From Psilocybe cubensis (taxonomy: Eukaryota), in the NCBI GenBank assembly GCA_017499595.2, contig CM039005.1:2170001-2234000 (forward strand): a DNA stretch of 64,000 bases, read 5' to 3'. The notes under the pieces were generated by a model. The model did no database searches. It was given only the letters and a program-made list of their open reading frames with translations, and was not told where the DNA came from. Of the stretch, positions 1 through 14,593 are shown piece after piece (the first letter of the stretch is position 1; every line of letters begins with the position of its first letter). Position numbers and translations under genes: made by a program.

Positions 1-2400
1 CACATCATCACGACGAAGAGGAAGATCGCAAGACAAGAAAGCACTGACATCCCACTGTCGTTTAGAAGCCCAAGTGTTCGACTGAGACTCAGAGTTCGCT
101 TTTTTTTTTTTTTTGCAACGCTGAAAAGGCCCCGCTCGCTTGAACGGTAGCGTTGATGCGAACAGATCCCGTCGTTGGGGCCATGAGCTCTTCCATCTTC
201 TTCAGCGCTTCTCTCTCTGATCTTTCTAGCGCGTTCTGTTCGAAAAAGAAATAAGTATGCAGGAACCAATTAGTAATTAAGCTGAAAGGGAAAGATCATG
301 CGATTTAGCGAGCATTCGACGACATGGAGCGCGTATGTACGCACTAGCGCATATTTAGGCATGCACACACTGCGAAACCCATCAGAGAAAGAGCAAAAAC
401 GAGAGAAAAAAAAAGACGAACTGGTCTAGTCCAAAAATCAATTAAGCATCGACTATGTATGGTTGTTTTCGCCAATCACGTACCCCTGCAGGTACATGGT
501 ACGTACTGCCACCTCCCGTCCCATCTGCTCAGCAGACTTTCACTCGGAGTCTGAATCGACGGGCGTTTTATTGCCGATTTGGGGACGGTTTCGACTCGGT
601 CGAGCCAAACAGCCAGACGAATATCATTTCTGGGTTCTGGCGTTGGAGTCCGGTGGGCCGGAGAGCATGAGAAGTTGGGGGTGGGTGAGGTATGAACCAT
701 GAACCCCGCCAATGGACGTTGCTCATTATCCAGAATCACATATTTCGGCCTGATCCTCGGGGGAAAAAAAGAGCAACAACTTGAGCGAGCTACCGCAGGA
801 GAGTTGTCCGGGTTTAAGATTGACTTCTGTCGACTAGCATTCGTTCCTCTGTACGTACGTTGTAGATGTAGCTGTAGTCAAAGTTGAACGCAGCGTTGAG
901 GAGGTTGAGTGGATTTGGAGCTGTTAGTCTTTGCATGCACAGGTAGCAAATAGCGTAGAAGGGGGCCGACGGAGTTGTCGGCCACTGATTCCCACCAAAT
1001 CCAAACAGTACGCGAATGATTTTGGTATCATTGCGTAAGGGTCCTTCCCTCCTTCCCATCTAGTGCCATTCATGAATGATTATGTCCCAGTATGGCCGAT
1101 AACCTCCTCTGGCTCCAGTGTCCACGTTGGAAGATTGACTTGACTGCTCGCTTGTACAGTCTAATAACGAGACCATCAAAACCCTGGATTTCATGAAAAT
1201 ATCAATGTACGTTTAGACTTTTTAAGGGTGTCGCCCATCGTCTAGAATGTGCTCATGATATTGCGAGCATTAGCCGTGGACTCTACATCAGCATCAGAAA
1301 CCAGGACGCGACAGTACCGCTTAAGAGGTGGATGACCAAGTCCTAATACTACACCAGTGTAGCCTTTCCGAACGACTTTGAGAGGCTAGAGCGCATGGAC
1401 CACCTTGAGACTCAAAATGTGAAGCAACCGACTATCTTTCCAGTTGATACGCGAATTTCAAAGATCGACGTGTCGTGAAAAGGAAGCTGTCCAAGAAATT
1501 GGAAGAAGCAGTGCCACTGACAGCGGTGCCGACATGTTTGCCACAGTTGTGTTTGTAAGTAATCCACGATGTGTATATATGATATACATCGTAGTAGTAC
1601 TAGTGTAGGGCCGACGGGTACCTTGCAAAAAGGTGCCACGGATCCACAGTGCTCATGGCTGTCACCCGGCGCTAGAGCAAAAAAAAGAAGCATCATATTA
1701 TAGCCAGTACAGCACTGGGCAGCGTGCGATAGAGAGAATTCAACTCAATTACTCTGGTAGACCATTTGAAGATGGATATCAAGGCATGGGGAGAAATCGA
1801 CGACCCTTATAATTCAACGTTCATTAACTGCATTTTAGAGACTCAGTGATCGCAGACGTCGATCCGAGTACGTTAATTTTTTGTTAATTTTGTGGGCTCA
1901 CCTCAGGCAGAATTGAGCCATATTGATGAAAGATTGTGGAGACAAACCCTTGCGCGATCGCTTGTGCGGGGAAGGGCACTTAAGAAAGTACCGGTCAGTA
2001 AATTGCGTGCAGGAAGATCCTCAGTACGCGGCCCAAGTGCCTCAGTCTCTCACAGTCTGCAGACTTAAATAAATCCTTGAAGCACTCAGAACACAGGAAC
2101 ATCCCACAGTCAAATATTTCAATACCACTGAAGTCTGAAACAAATTCAAGGCGCTAGCTCATGTCAAGAATTACGTGTCCTCCTATTGACGTCCATACAG
2201 CCAAAATGTTGTACATTAAACGTCCGTGATTATGTGGTATATGAGGGTATATGGTTTACTAGCGACTTGGTATGTATTGAGTATTCTAAGCGTTAAATGA
2301 CAGGAAGGCAGGGTTGAAGATCCTTTTGAAGGTCTTTTGCGAGTCCCACTTACTCGTGATCGTAATAGCATCCAAGGTCAACTTGGGTGTGCATCATTTT

Positions 2401-4076
2401 TTACTGACTGAGAGAGCCTTTCCCCTCGATGTCAGTTCCAATATCAGTTTCACTCCCTTCTTTCGTTTTGGTGTAGATATCATCGTGATGTACTTCGCCA
2501 TGCGTAAACGTTTCCATCTGGTTGAGGATTTACGGAGATGCCAAATAACGTCAGCAAAGATATAAGGGGAGAATTAAAATTTTCAACGCTAACCTGAACG
2601 TGCACTCCAGCGCGCGAGCCAGTCTTGTACGTGAGAGTCGGCACTATACTCCTTTGGGTTGGTGGCACTGAGATTCCACGTTGCCCAGTTGTCGATGAAG
2701 CAGCGCTGTTGGAAAGGTTAGATCAAGGCAATAAAAAAAATGTGCGTAACGTTAACGTACAAGACTTCCGGACCGTTGTTAGTAAAGTTCGTTAATCGAC
2801 GTACAGCACGGGTTGCAACGATCTGTCAATATTAATTAGTGAGGGAAACAAGTTAGGAGGAAGGGGCAACGTACAGTGGAGAACACGGCGGCGGGAACGT
2901 TGAAGATTACAGACATGATTTGATTGAGATTCAAGAGCATGAAAACAGTCGCTACCAAGTTGGCGAGGAAGCTATAGTAAGGAGAGTCAGTAAGTGATAA
3001 TGATGCCTAAGCCAGGAAGCAAGCAAACCGAAGACATACGCAATGATGAAGAAAATAAGACCATCTGAGAAGATCATGTGGGTCAGACGACTCCTCCCCA
3101 TGACCTCAGAGCCTCTGTTGCCGGTAATTCCAAACAGCTTGTATGTGATCAACAACAAAACGATAAGGTCGAAGCACATCGAATATATGAAGATGGCAGC
3201 CAGAATTGTGTTGTTGGTCTTGGTGATTTGACATCCGACGCCGGGAACCCATACTGCACTCAGCTGAACGCCTAAATTAAGACGTGTCAACCCTCTGAAT
3301 CACGGCGTCTAAAAACGCCGAATATTACTGGGGAAGAATTACCTTGAAGGATCAACGACCAGTGACCAAGAATCAACAATACCAGAAAACCAATAATATA
3401 CCGATTTTGCGACCAGACTGCCATACTAAAGACAAATCAGTGAGACAAACGACTCATCCACATGGTTCGAGTGAGCTTACGCGCGTATCGAAAGATTGAT
3501 GCTAGCCAAACCGACCGCAGCATCTCCAGCCAACTATTCCAAGTCATCGTCAATTTAGTGCTAAAGAGGTGATCCACAGGTAACCATACCTGATTGAAAG
3601 TGTATAGCGTTTGGCAGTCAAGTTTACTTTTAAGAAGTGTATAAGCGAAATCGCACTATAAACTAATATATCGCGGAAGAATACCTTGTCGTATCCAAGG
3701 AAATGGCACTAGAAAGCCGGTCAGAACCATTTCGTCAACGGAGGAGACTTAACTTACATTCCAATCATCGCAAAGAGTAGAAGATACCGATTGGCGAAGT
3801 AAAACACCTAATGGAAGCATTACAGTATCAGATATCGCTGTGGCGTAGGATGTTGAAGGGGACGCACCATTGGCCACTTAAATTTCTTCTTCCCCGTAAT
3901 GAAATCCCATTCAAAGTCGAAGGATATGAAAAATTCGTAACTGCGAAAGCCCTTCAACACGCATAAGGATTGAGAGTAAAACGAACGAACGCGTAGAGAC
4001 CCAAAAGAGCATGCATAAGCTTGGTGAAGGCGACTGCATCCTTCTGAATTTCAGCGGGGTCCTTCCAATCAGGCAT
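2401..4076 (-). CDS. Multi-exon multi-pass membrane protein, DUF6533-like
   Basis: Spliced reading starts MPDWKDPAEIQKDAVAFTKLMHALLGLY, continues YEFFISFDFEWDFITGKKKFKWP and hydrophobic helices (ILAAIFIYSMCFDLIVLLLITYKL; MIFSDGLIFFIIA), and ends ...DIEGKGSLSQ* at 2401. Many short GT-AG introns. Family name is from recalled motif resemblance. Confidence 0.75.
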
Positions 4077-6507
4077 CGTGACGAAAAAGAGGATGAACAA
4101 GTAACTTGGAGAGAGCGGTCAGAGAAGAGGATGGAGGTAAGGCTCAGAAATTCAACCCTTCAACTCTTGGGGTTTTTTAACGTCGGGATTAATCTATGTA
4201 TAGATCTTCCTGGATGGAGATATTACGGCAGCCATTTGAGTTGCCTGCCGTCCCCTGCCAACGGACCTTTGCTCAGAGGTCCTTCTTGGATATTTTAAGT
4301 TTGAATCCATGCATAATGCTATTACCTGCGAAGTTTTAGTGAAAAATACACGCCTTTTGCACGGTTAAATTCAGCAATGCTCCTTGCGACTTGGAGAGTT
4401 CACGATTAACTTGCACATTTTCAAAAAGAGTCCAACGCGCCTCGAGGCCGCAGAGGAGTGAGTTTGTAACCGAGTTACGTTCAGAATCGATATTAACGAT
4501 TGGGTCCCCAGCCCCAAATAGATCATAGTCCGACCTGTGCTGAGATCCATTAGCGTAAGGTCACATCATCAGTTTGCTAACATACCAGGAAATAACCGTT
4601 TGATGATAGAACCGTCTTAATGGCGCAGCCCCGCCCGCTCCAGTTCACCGCTTGCCAAGCTGATTTGACTCTTGCATCATAGCGCAAAGCCCAGATTCTC
4701 TGGAAAGACCCTTACTCTTCAATCAATAGGTTGAAAGGTTGCAAGTGTAGCTACTACTAAGAAGAGGTCACAATGGACTCCGAAAAACTACAAGGTAAAA
4801 TTGCAATTACTTACAGGTTATGTACGTCTCACTTTAGAGTAAGGCCTTACGAGGAACTACTCCAGGGAACTCTCGTACCGAGCCGAACCCCTGAGGAACA
4901 GGACGGGCGACACACAGAAATGGTCAGATTGAGAGATGTCGGTTTGTACTAGGCGCATCGGTGTCTCGGGCCCGTCCGCCGGACCTTTTTGTTTGTGCGT
5001 ACTTGGTTAAGTACTTCGGCAGCTGTCTCCCGCCCTGTACAGAGCGCCGTCTGACCAAAAAACCATCCAACTCTCAAGAACCACAGCCAGGCTTTTGACA
5101 TCTGCGATGCAGCAATGTTTTATGATCATTCAATCCACTTGCAGATCGTTCGCAGGTATGTCCGCATTTGTGATATCAAAAAAATTGCATCCTATCAGCT
5201 GTGCACACTTTCTGATTTTTTTATCTCATCAACGCACCATCACGCCTCTTGGAAAAGACGAAGGCGAAGTCCGTTTTTTTTGCTTCCGCTGGCCACGGGA
5301 GATTCGTCCAGGGTGAAGGATGAGAACAAGCTGGTCGTTTATATTCATTGTCGATGAATTTCTTATCATCGAGCGCCCAACCGTGTTGAACTGTTGATAG
5401 GTCCCAGCTTCCTTGTACTTTTTCTATGCTGATTAACTCCACCATCACTCACATTTCTCCAGATTATCATAGCATTGGGTTTTTTTGGGTCTTTATTCTC
5501 ATTCTCACTATTAATACGGTGCTTTACATGACGGATAGCGTGAAGTTCGTGAGCCATTAAAGTGACGAGATGACATAATCTCCTTCATTCACGATTTTTT
5601 CATGTTCCTCAATAATAGAAACGTCTCATGATTGACCAATCATTAGCGTATTAGCTTTCATTTGGATTGGCTATATGCATCAAGCAAGTTGAAGACCTGA
5701 GTATTTAGAACTGTATAGGCTATCTGATTCCTCCGAGGACGAAGAAGATGTACTGGGTTTCGAGAAACCTAGTTGCAGAGTTTAGCCGTCAAGAGCAGTA
5801 AGAAGAATTGCATCTACTAATGGGAGCAATACACTGAAATAATTCAAGTAATACGTGACCGTTTAGCATATGAGCCTTTCAAAGGCGCAAACGAACGAAA
5901 CGACTGCTTTACTGTGGCGTTAGAATGCTACGACAGCGGCGCAACGTTCGAACTCTGGACAATGGTACTGCTTTTTTCATATTCCATTCACTCTGTCTAG
6001 AAAGTTTTGGATGATGGATTACCATCAATTACCACTAGAAATCTCTGTGTCCATGTATCATTCTCCTTTTCGTTCGAGCTTTCTACTCCCCAAGGTCATC
6101 GATTTCTTTATCAACTAAGAATCAGACGCCCGGGGCGTCATCGCTCCGGTCTAAACTTATCTGGTTAAGTCAACGGGTGGCGAACGTCAGCGGAGAAACG
6201 TAGTTCTGAGTTACAGTAATGGGCGTATCCAAAATTACAAGGTTCGTGTATGTATAGTACTATTAGAAATTCAAAGCAGGTCCTAATGACCCAGCCACAT
6301 ACTGGTACAATTCCTATTTTAAAATCGTAATAAATAAGCTAGTAATGCCTAGAATACAAGAGCATAACGGAGAGAAAGAGCTCCAAAAAATAAATAGGAA
6401 AACATAATGAATAAATTACGGACCAATAAGGACGACCATAGATGGACCATAAAAGATGTCCAAAATGTAAAATGACGCAGCCATAAAAGAGACAAAAAAA
6501 TTTATGC

Positions 6508-7776
6508 TTATATCCTTCTTGACCTTGAGTGTGTGGTGATAGCGTGGTAGCTCGAACCGAAAGAGAGCTGATTTTGCGGGCTGACGGATATTAAATTCCT
6601 ACCGGACACCGACCATTTACGGGGTCCCCTGGGTTTCCGGTTGGGAGGAGTTACTCGATGCCCAATAGATTGTGTAAAAGCAATAGTTTTCGTAGGCCTC
6701 TGGACACAAGTACTCGGGTGAGTCGACAAGGCCCAGGTTGTGAAGATCACTTGACTCGTCGGGCACGGGAAAGCGCGCGATGCGCGGGACCCGCAAAAGG
6801 TACGACCAGCGTCCAACATGGAGCTACCAGGCGCCACGGGCGACGGCTTGACATGCATCGAGTCAACCTGCGCCGCCTGGTCCTTCCAGTCCGAGATCAC
6901 AATCAACGTATCCTTGAACTTTCCGTGCACGTCCTGAGATACAATAGGCATCGCGGTGCGCGCTACCGCTTCGGCGCGTATGAGATCATGGCACTTGCTC
7001 TCTTGATCCTCGCTGAGCTCATACCGCAAGAGAAGTGCCTGGCAGAGGTGGAGCAGAGATGTATCGCGGATTTGCGCCGAGGGAGGACTGCGATCGATGG
7101 CTTCGTGGAGATATTGTACCGCAGTTGCCAAATCCTGCGGGGCAGGGAGAGGATCGCTGAAAAACTCGTTCTGGCATTGATACGCCCCGGAGAGCCTGGC
7201 GATGGCTGCATTCAGCGCGATATCACGCCTTTCGATATCGCACAGTTTCCAGGAGGCGATGCCCAGCGTAAGGCTGGCTTCAGTCTCGTCGCTCGCGCGA
7301 CATTCTGGGTGCTCTGCGGTAAAGGCTAGCGCCCGCTCGAGATACTCGGAGGACTTCACCAGTGAGAACGTACGTTCTTTTTCGTTCGTGTCAGAGAGTA
7401 TGATATAAACTTTTCCGAGGTTAATGAGGAGCCGAGTGTAACCCTCTGGCTTGTTCTCTTCGGCCTCGCAGTGCTTGAGCGTCTCCTCCTGTGCCCGAAT
7501 GACTTCCTGCAACGCGGCTGCAGTTTGTTCTGCCTTTTCGAAAGATCTCCACACATCAATGACGAGGCCCAGAGTCGTAGTGAGATATAGAGGATCGGTT
7601 TCGTAGCGAAAATCGCATGCGTCATGATAATGTGCGATGACCGCGTCGAAATCGTTGATATCAGGCTGCGCTAGTGATTGGAGGTATTTTTGGTATGACT
7701 CGGTGGTCTTTTGATCGTGGCTGCTACCCTCTGCGCGTGCTACGAGCAGTCGACAAATTGTGGAAGGGAAACCCAT
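6508..7776 (-). CDS. Hypothetical helical-repeat (TPR-like) protein
   Basis: 422-aa ORF with repeats such as QDLATAVQYLHEAIDRSPPSAQIRDTSLLHLCQALLLRYE, resembling the TPR repeats of fungal CHAT-TPR proteins. The C-terminal tail is uncertain. Confidence 0.6.
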   Translation of the reverse strand: MGFPSTICRLLVARAEGSSHDQKTTESYQKYLQSLAQPDINDFDAVIAHYHDACDFRYETDPLYLTTTLGLVIDVWRSFEKAEQTAAALQEVIRAQEETLKHCEAEENKPEGYTRLLINLGKVYIILSDTNEKERTFSLVKSSEYLERALAFTAEHPECRASDETEASLTLGIASWKLCDIERRDIALNAAIARLSGAYQCQNEFFSDPLPAPQDLATAVQYLHEAIDRSPPSAQIRDTSLLHLCQALLLRYELSEDQESKCHDLIRAEAVARTAMPIVSQDVHGKFKDTLIVISDWKDQAAQVDSMHVKPSPVAPGSSMLDAGRTFCGSRASRAFPCPTSQVIFTTWALSTHPSTCVQRPTKTIAFTQSIGHRVTPPNRKPRGPRKWSVSGRNLISVSPQNQLSFGSSYHAITTHSRSRRI

Positions 7777-10258
7777 TTTAAAAATGTGTAGAATAAAATA
7801 TGAGAAAGATGGAAAAAGGATGCTTTAAAAGAGAGAGAAATTAGTCAAGGCAGTTTACAAATGCTATGCAACTGTGCACCGCACCTGATATTATAAAGCG
7901 TGTAAATAAATGGCAATCAGTCAGTTAGGTTTGCTAGTGTACAGAGCTCGCAAGCTCAAGAAAGGGGGAGGAGGGGTGGCTGCAGGTGCAAGGGAAAGCA
8001 GGCAGGGGAATGAATCCCACGTACTTATACATCGCACACGGGGTCGGGCACGTCGTCATGTCCATGTTTCCGACCGACACTTGCGAGAAGGATCCGACCA
8101 AAACACAAATGCGATGCCATCAACCCAGACCCAATCGCACAGCTTCGGCCGTCTCGTGCCAGTGGAGGTCGTATTTTTGGAAGCATCCCTCTCTAAAGAT
8201 GTGCCCGTAAGCCGTGATTAGCACCTTTACATCAGTATTTGTTGGATAACGCGCGATGACTCTCACATGCGCTCTATCGGTTTGTTCTGGGTTCCCTCAT
8301 AAGGGATTTACACGCGGAGCCGTGTGTGCACCGAGAGTGTGCATCAATACTGCAGTGGAAATTTTTCCATTCAGTGTGCATTCCAAGTATCACAATACAT
8401 GAAACTGGATGAGCACAACAAGGGGGAGGGACCCGCGCTAAGTTTGCGCTGCGCTGCAATCATGGCAGGGTGTCCCACTTCCCATAGCCGCCCTTGCGCA
8501 CCGATTGTTTCGTCGTCATAAGTACCAAGAAAGCGATCGTGCTATGTCTGCAGTGGCGGATAATGCTTTGACAGTAGACCGATTTTAAGTAACTAGCCTG
8601 GCCTAACCAGATAAGTTTCGACGCGGTGCACAGCTCGCTTGCTGCGACGCACAGATTTATATAAAGTAGATAAACGCCTGATCCGGTTGATATATCTAAA
8701 AACTGCAACAGAAATCAACCTGACGATGAACTGAGATATCACGACTACCAGTGACTGTGGTAGCAAATACCAAGGGTCGAACAGACAAGTGGCAAAATCT
8801 TGACAGACCCTGACATGTGCGAGAACTTTCGGACGAGCAGGGCGATGGTGTTTTGTTGGATGATGGAGGAAGCACCTTGAAATGGAGCGAGGTTGAGAGT
8901 TTGACGTTGAGGAGAAATGTTGGCCTTTGAGCCGAGCCGACTAACGAGAATGATGGCTACTCGGAACGATCCGACGGCTCAAATGTGGCCGGGTCCATCG
9001 CGCACGTGTGTGATCTAGACTCCCACGCACCCCTGCTTCCGAATTTAGAAACCTCTGAGAGTCGGACTGAACGCGAGACTTTATCTCAATGTCTTTCTCT
9101 CCATTTCACTTGATTTCCTTCATCCACGGATCTAGCGCCCACTCTCTTATCTGAAAGCACTGCGAATACTCTGACTGAATGAGGGATATGAAAATCTCAG
9201 GTGGCGCTGCCAAGGTTGTGATAGCCTTAGAACTGCAGAACGTCAAGTTGGAAATTACCGACGGGGTTGTTCGATAGTATTGTCAGTAGAAAACGAGAAT
9301 ACTCAGTCCATTTTTTTAGATATCTTTCTCAGTGCATGTGCCTCTTCGGATCTTGGCTTATCCTGTACATCAGAGTTGTGAATGTCACTTTACATGTTAT
9401 AACACATACTTTATCTGTATACAATATAAACTCATGAGATACGAGCTCGAAAGTTAATCCACATCGTCGACATGCTTTCCATGTGCGTCGATGTTGACAA
9501 TGGTATTTTATAACAGAATCTACACTTCCTGCAACGTTCCTCGGATCATCGATGATAGAAGATAGCCTTGCAATCAAGGAATGACTAGTGAAGGTTAGAT
9601 CTCAGTTTATTATTTTTAATATTTTCCGCCTACGGAGCAGAGCATTGATTTCTCTATTTCTATCTGGATGCAAAAAAATGGGCATTACAATCCAATCATG
9701 AGTTGATCCGTAATTTATCAGAAAAATCATGCAGCTTTGTAAAAGATAATAAGATCTTACTTGATGTTCTCTTCAGCTCGATTGAGGTTTTGAAGACGGA
9801 ATTTTACCCCCCGGACTGCTGACCCCAAGTTTGAAAGGAAATTCTTTCGTTTCGCAAACTGCGCCCCCGAACTGAGCTATGCATTCGTGGTGGTTACCAA
9901 GTCACTGACGCAAGAAGTTTCACACAGAGTAAAAAGTTGCCTGGTGTGGGTTGATGGTGTGGGTAAAACTGTTGTGTGTCCACTATGGATACCGTTTCCA
10001 GTTGAATTTCGACTTGATTAAGGCATACCCCGGCGCAAGCGAGCTACAAAAATATACATTGGGGCGTAGAATGGGTTAAATAACGGACTTTACCCAGTCT
10101 TTTTCCGTAGAACCCGATAAGGCATATATATCAACAGAGGTGTCGCTTTCCTTCGTTCAGAGGAACTGTGCATTATGAAGCCCACCGAGACGATGCTGAG
10201 AATTGCCAACAGATGTTTTACAAGACGGCGATTTAACTCTGTTACTCCCAGATAGGGG

Positions 10259-10266
10259 TATAAATA
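10259..10266 (+). promoter_or_regulatory. Putative TATA box (TATAAATA) upstream of the structured segment
   Basis: TATAAATA lies ~50 nt before the first hairpin and >1 kb from the GFA1 start codon. Confidence 0.3.
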
Positions 10267-10316
10267 GGCGCATGCTCGTAATGGGCAACATGTCCACAAG
10301 TCCCCAAGGCGCCAAT

Positions 10317-10797
10317 GCGCATAAAGCGGTGTCGGCGGCTTTGATGCGCTTCTCTCGACGCGTGGAATCGCGTGCGTGAGTCAATTTTAATTGGAAGTCC
10401 GGGCAAGGTGCACCGTCGGTGGATAGAGTTGGACACCCAAAAATGATCCATGACGTTTATCGAGGTCCGGAGCGCACGTAGTCTGGTTGCTGGTGGTTAA
10501 TATGACCTTTGGCCCGAGCGGTGAGCCATATGCCGTCTTGGGATTATCAGTGCCACGGTGGTATGACGACACGGACGAGAATCGGAAAAGTTCTTGGCGC
10601 GACTCTAACCCTAGCAGAGCAAAACAAGCCTCCTATGTGTGGTTCATGTATGTTCCTTGTCCGAGTCAGCTTTGAACAAGGAGGCTGATCCCATGGCCTG
10701 CAGAGTGAGACGCCAATAGGCTGAGGAGCATATACTTCCGTGTGGGTGCGGACACGGAGGTGTGTTAATGGACACCGTTATGAATCAACTCTTCCAG
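10317..10797 (+). ncRNA. Candidate structured non-coding RNA of unknown family
   Basis: At least ten mutually compatible helices found by eye, closed by TGGAAG(10392)/CTTCCA(10791). G-U pairs work only on the + strand. No convincing ORF. Confidence 0.5.
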
Positions 10798-11312
10798 AAA
10801 ATTTTCGTCAATGTGATCGGTGGCAGCCTCAGGAGAGATATTAAAAAATAAAACACTATGCTGTTTCTAGCGTGCTTTTCAGAGATATTTTTGCGGATTA
10901 TGGATGGTGAAAAACGATGAAGCGCTGTTTGGACTCCAGCGGGGGTGAGAAGAGAGCATGGGCGCATCGAAGTTGATTGTCTGCGGGATATGTGCAGGAG
11001 GTACAGCCAGAGCGCTCAATAGCCGGTAGTCCAGTGGATTTCCAACAAGAGGCGGTACAGTTCAAGAGAGAGACATCGGAGGCGATGAAGGGCGGCTTTA
11101 TTTGTTCATGCTTGCGGCCCCTAAAATCCAATATCAAGGTCGTGCTAAAACTTGAACTTGCACAACAACCATCCCTCTCTTTTCTTTACCAACGCGTCTT
11201 TTTCCTTCCCCTCCTCTAAATCGCTTTTAGGTATCGTATTCCAGCGTCTCTTCCTCGTCCTCGCTGCGTCTAACGAGCTCCATAGTCTCATCCCGCCCCT
11301 CCCAATCTCAAC

Positions 11313-13866
<2,554 letters not shown>

Positions 13867-14593
13867 AGAGTTGGCTGTGAATGGAAAATTACGAGTTGGT
13901 TGGTGGTAATGAAGTTGAAAATACACTGGGACAGTTTAGGACCTTTTTAGACTTTTACTTCTCTCTCTCTCTCTCTTTTGTCGAACCGATCACACGTCTC
14001 GGAACCAAGGACATTCAGAACTCTCGTTTGTTAAGCACCACCATGGACATATTACCAACACCATGAACATCACGTCCCCCCGCCCCTTCCCTCCTTTCCT
14101 CCCTCCCATTCTCAGATCGAACCCCTCCTGGATGAATGACGAATTCAAAAAAAGACATAATTACAGTTGTACTTTTATGGACCCTTATTTTTCTGTTTCT
14201 CTCTCTTTGGGTTATTTTCTTTACCCTTTACCCCTTTTTTAATACACAAATAGTTTGATCGGTTTTCATGACTCGTTTTTTGTGCAGTTTGTGAACTGGA
14301 AGGATGGTGATTGAATATTGAATCATGGATGGTGATGTTATGTTCAAGTTGAAGTGTTATTTGCTCTTTCGCTCATATTAGGTGGCGAAGGCAAATTACC
14401 ATTGGATTTGTGAGCGCGCATTGCTTGACTGGGTGAAGAACCTTTCTCGCCGCTCTGGTCTGCCAGAATGCTACCAAATGCGATATAAACGATTTCGATT
14501 TTATGTGACAGACTAAAAGACGAAAAGTAAGTAGCATCTAGATGTTACATGATCTTCGTTGACCAGCAGATGAAAGAAAGCAATAAAGAAAGA

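Noticed and set aside
1-2300. Short ORFs and poly-T/poly-A tracts at the window start
   Set aside because: No recognisable domains, tRNA boxes or consistent exon structure; likely UTR or promoter of a gene outside the window.
6658-7329. 223-aa antisense ORF over the TPR-like gene
   Set aside because: Shadow of a GC-rich coding strand; Arg-rich and without motifs.
10451-10476. TGACG-TTTATCGA...AGCGC resembling pieces of the bacterial glmS ribozyme, upstream of the glmS homologue GFA1
   Set aside because: Motif order and spacing do not fit (AGCGCC should precede GACGAGG, which is absent).
10721-10770. CTGAGGA (hammerhead CUGANGA) followed by a hairpin
   Set aside because: The required GAAA after stem II is missing.
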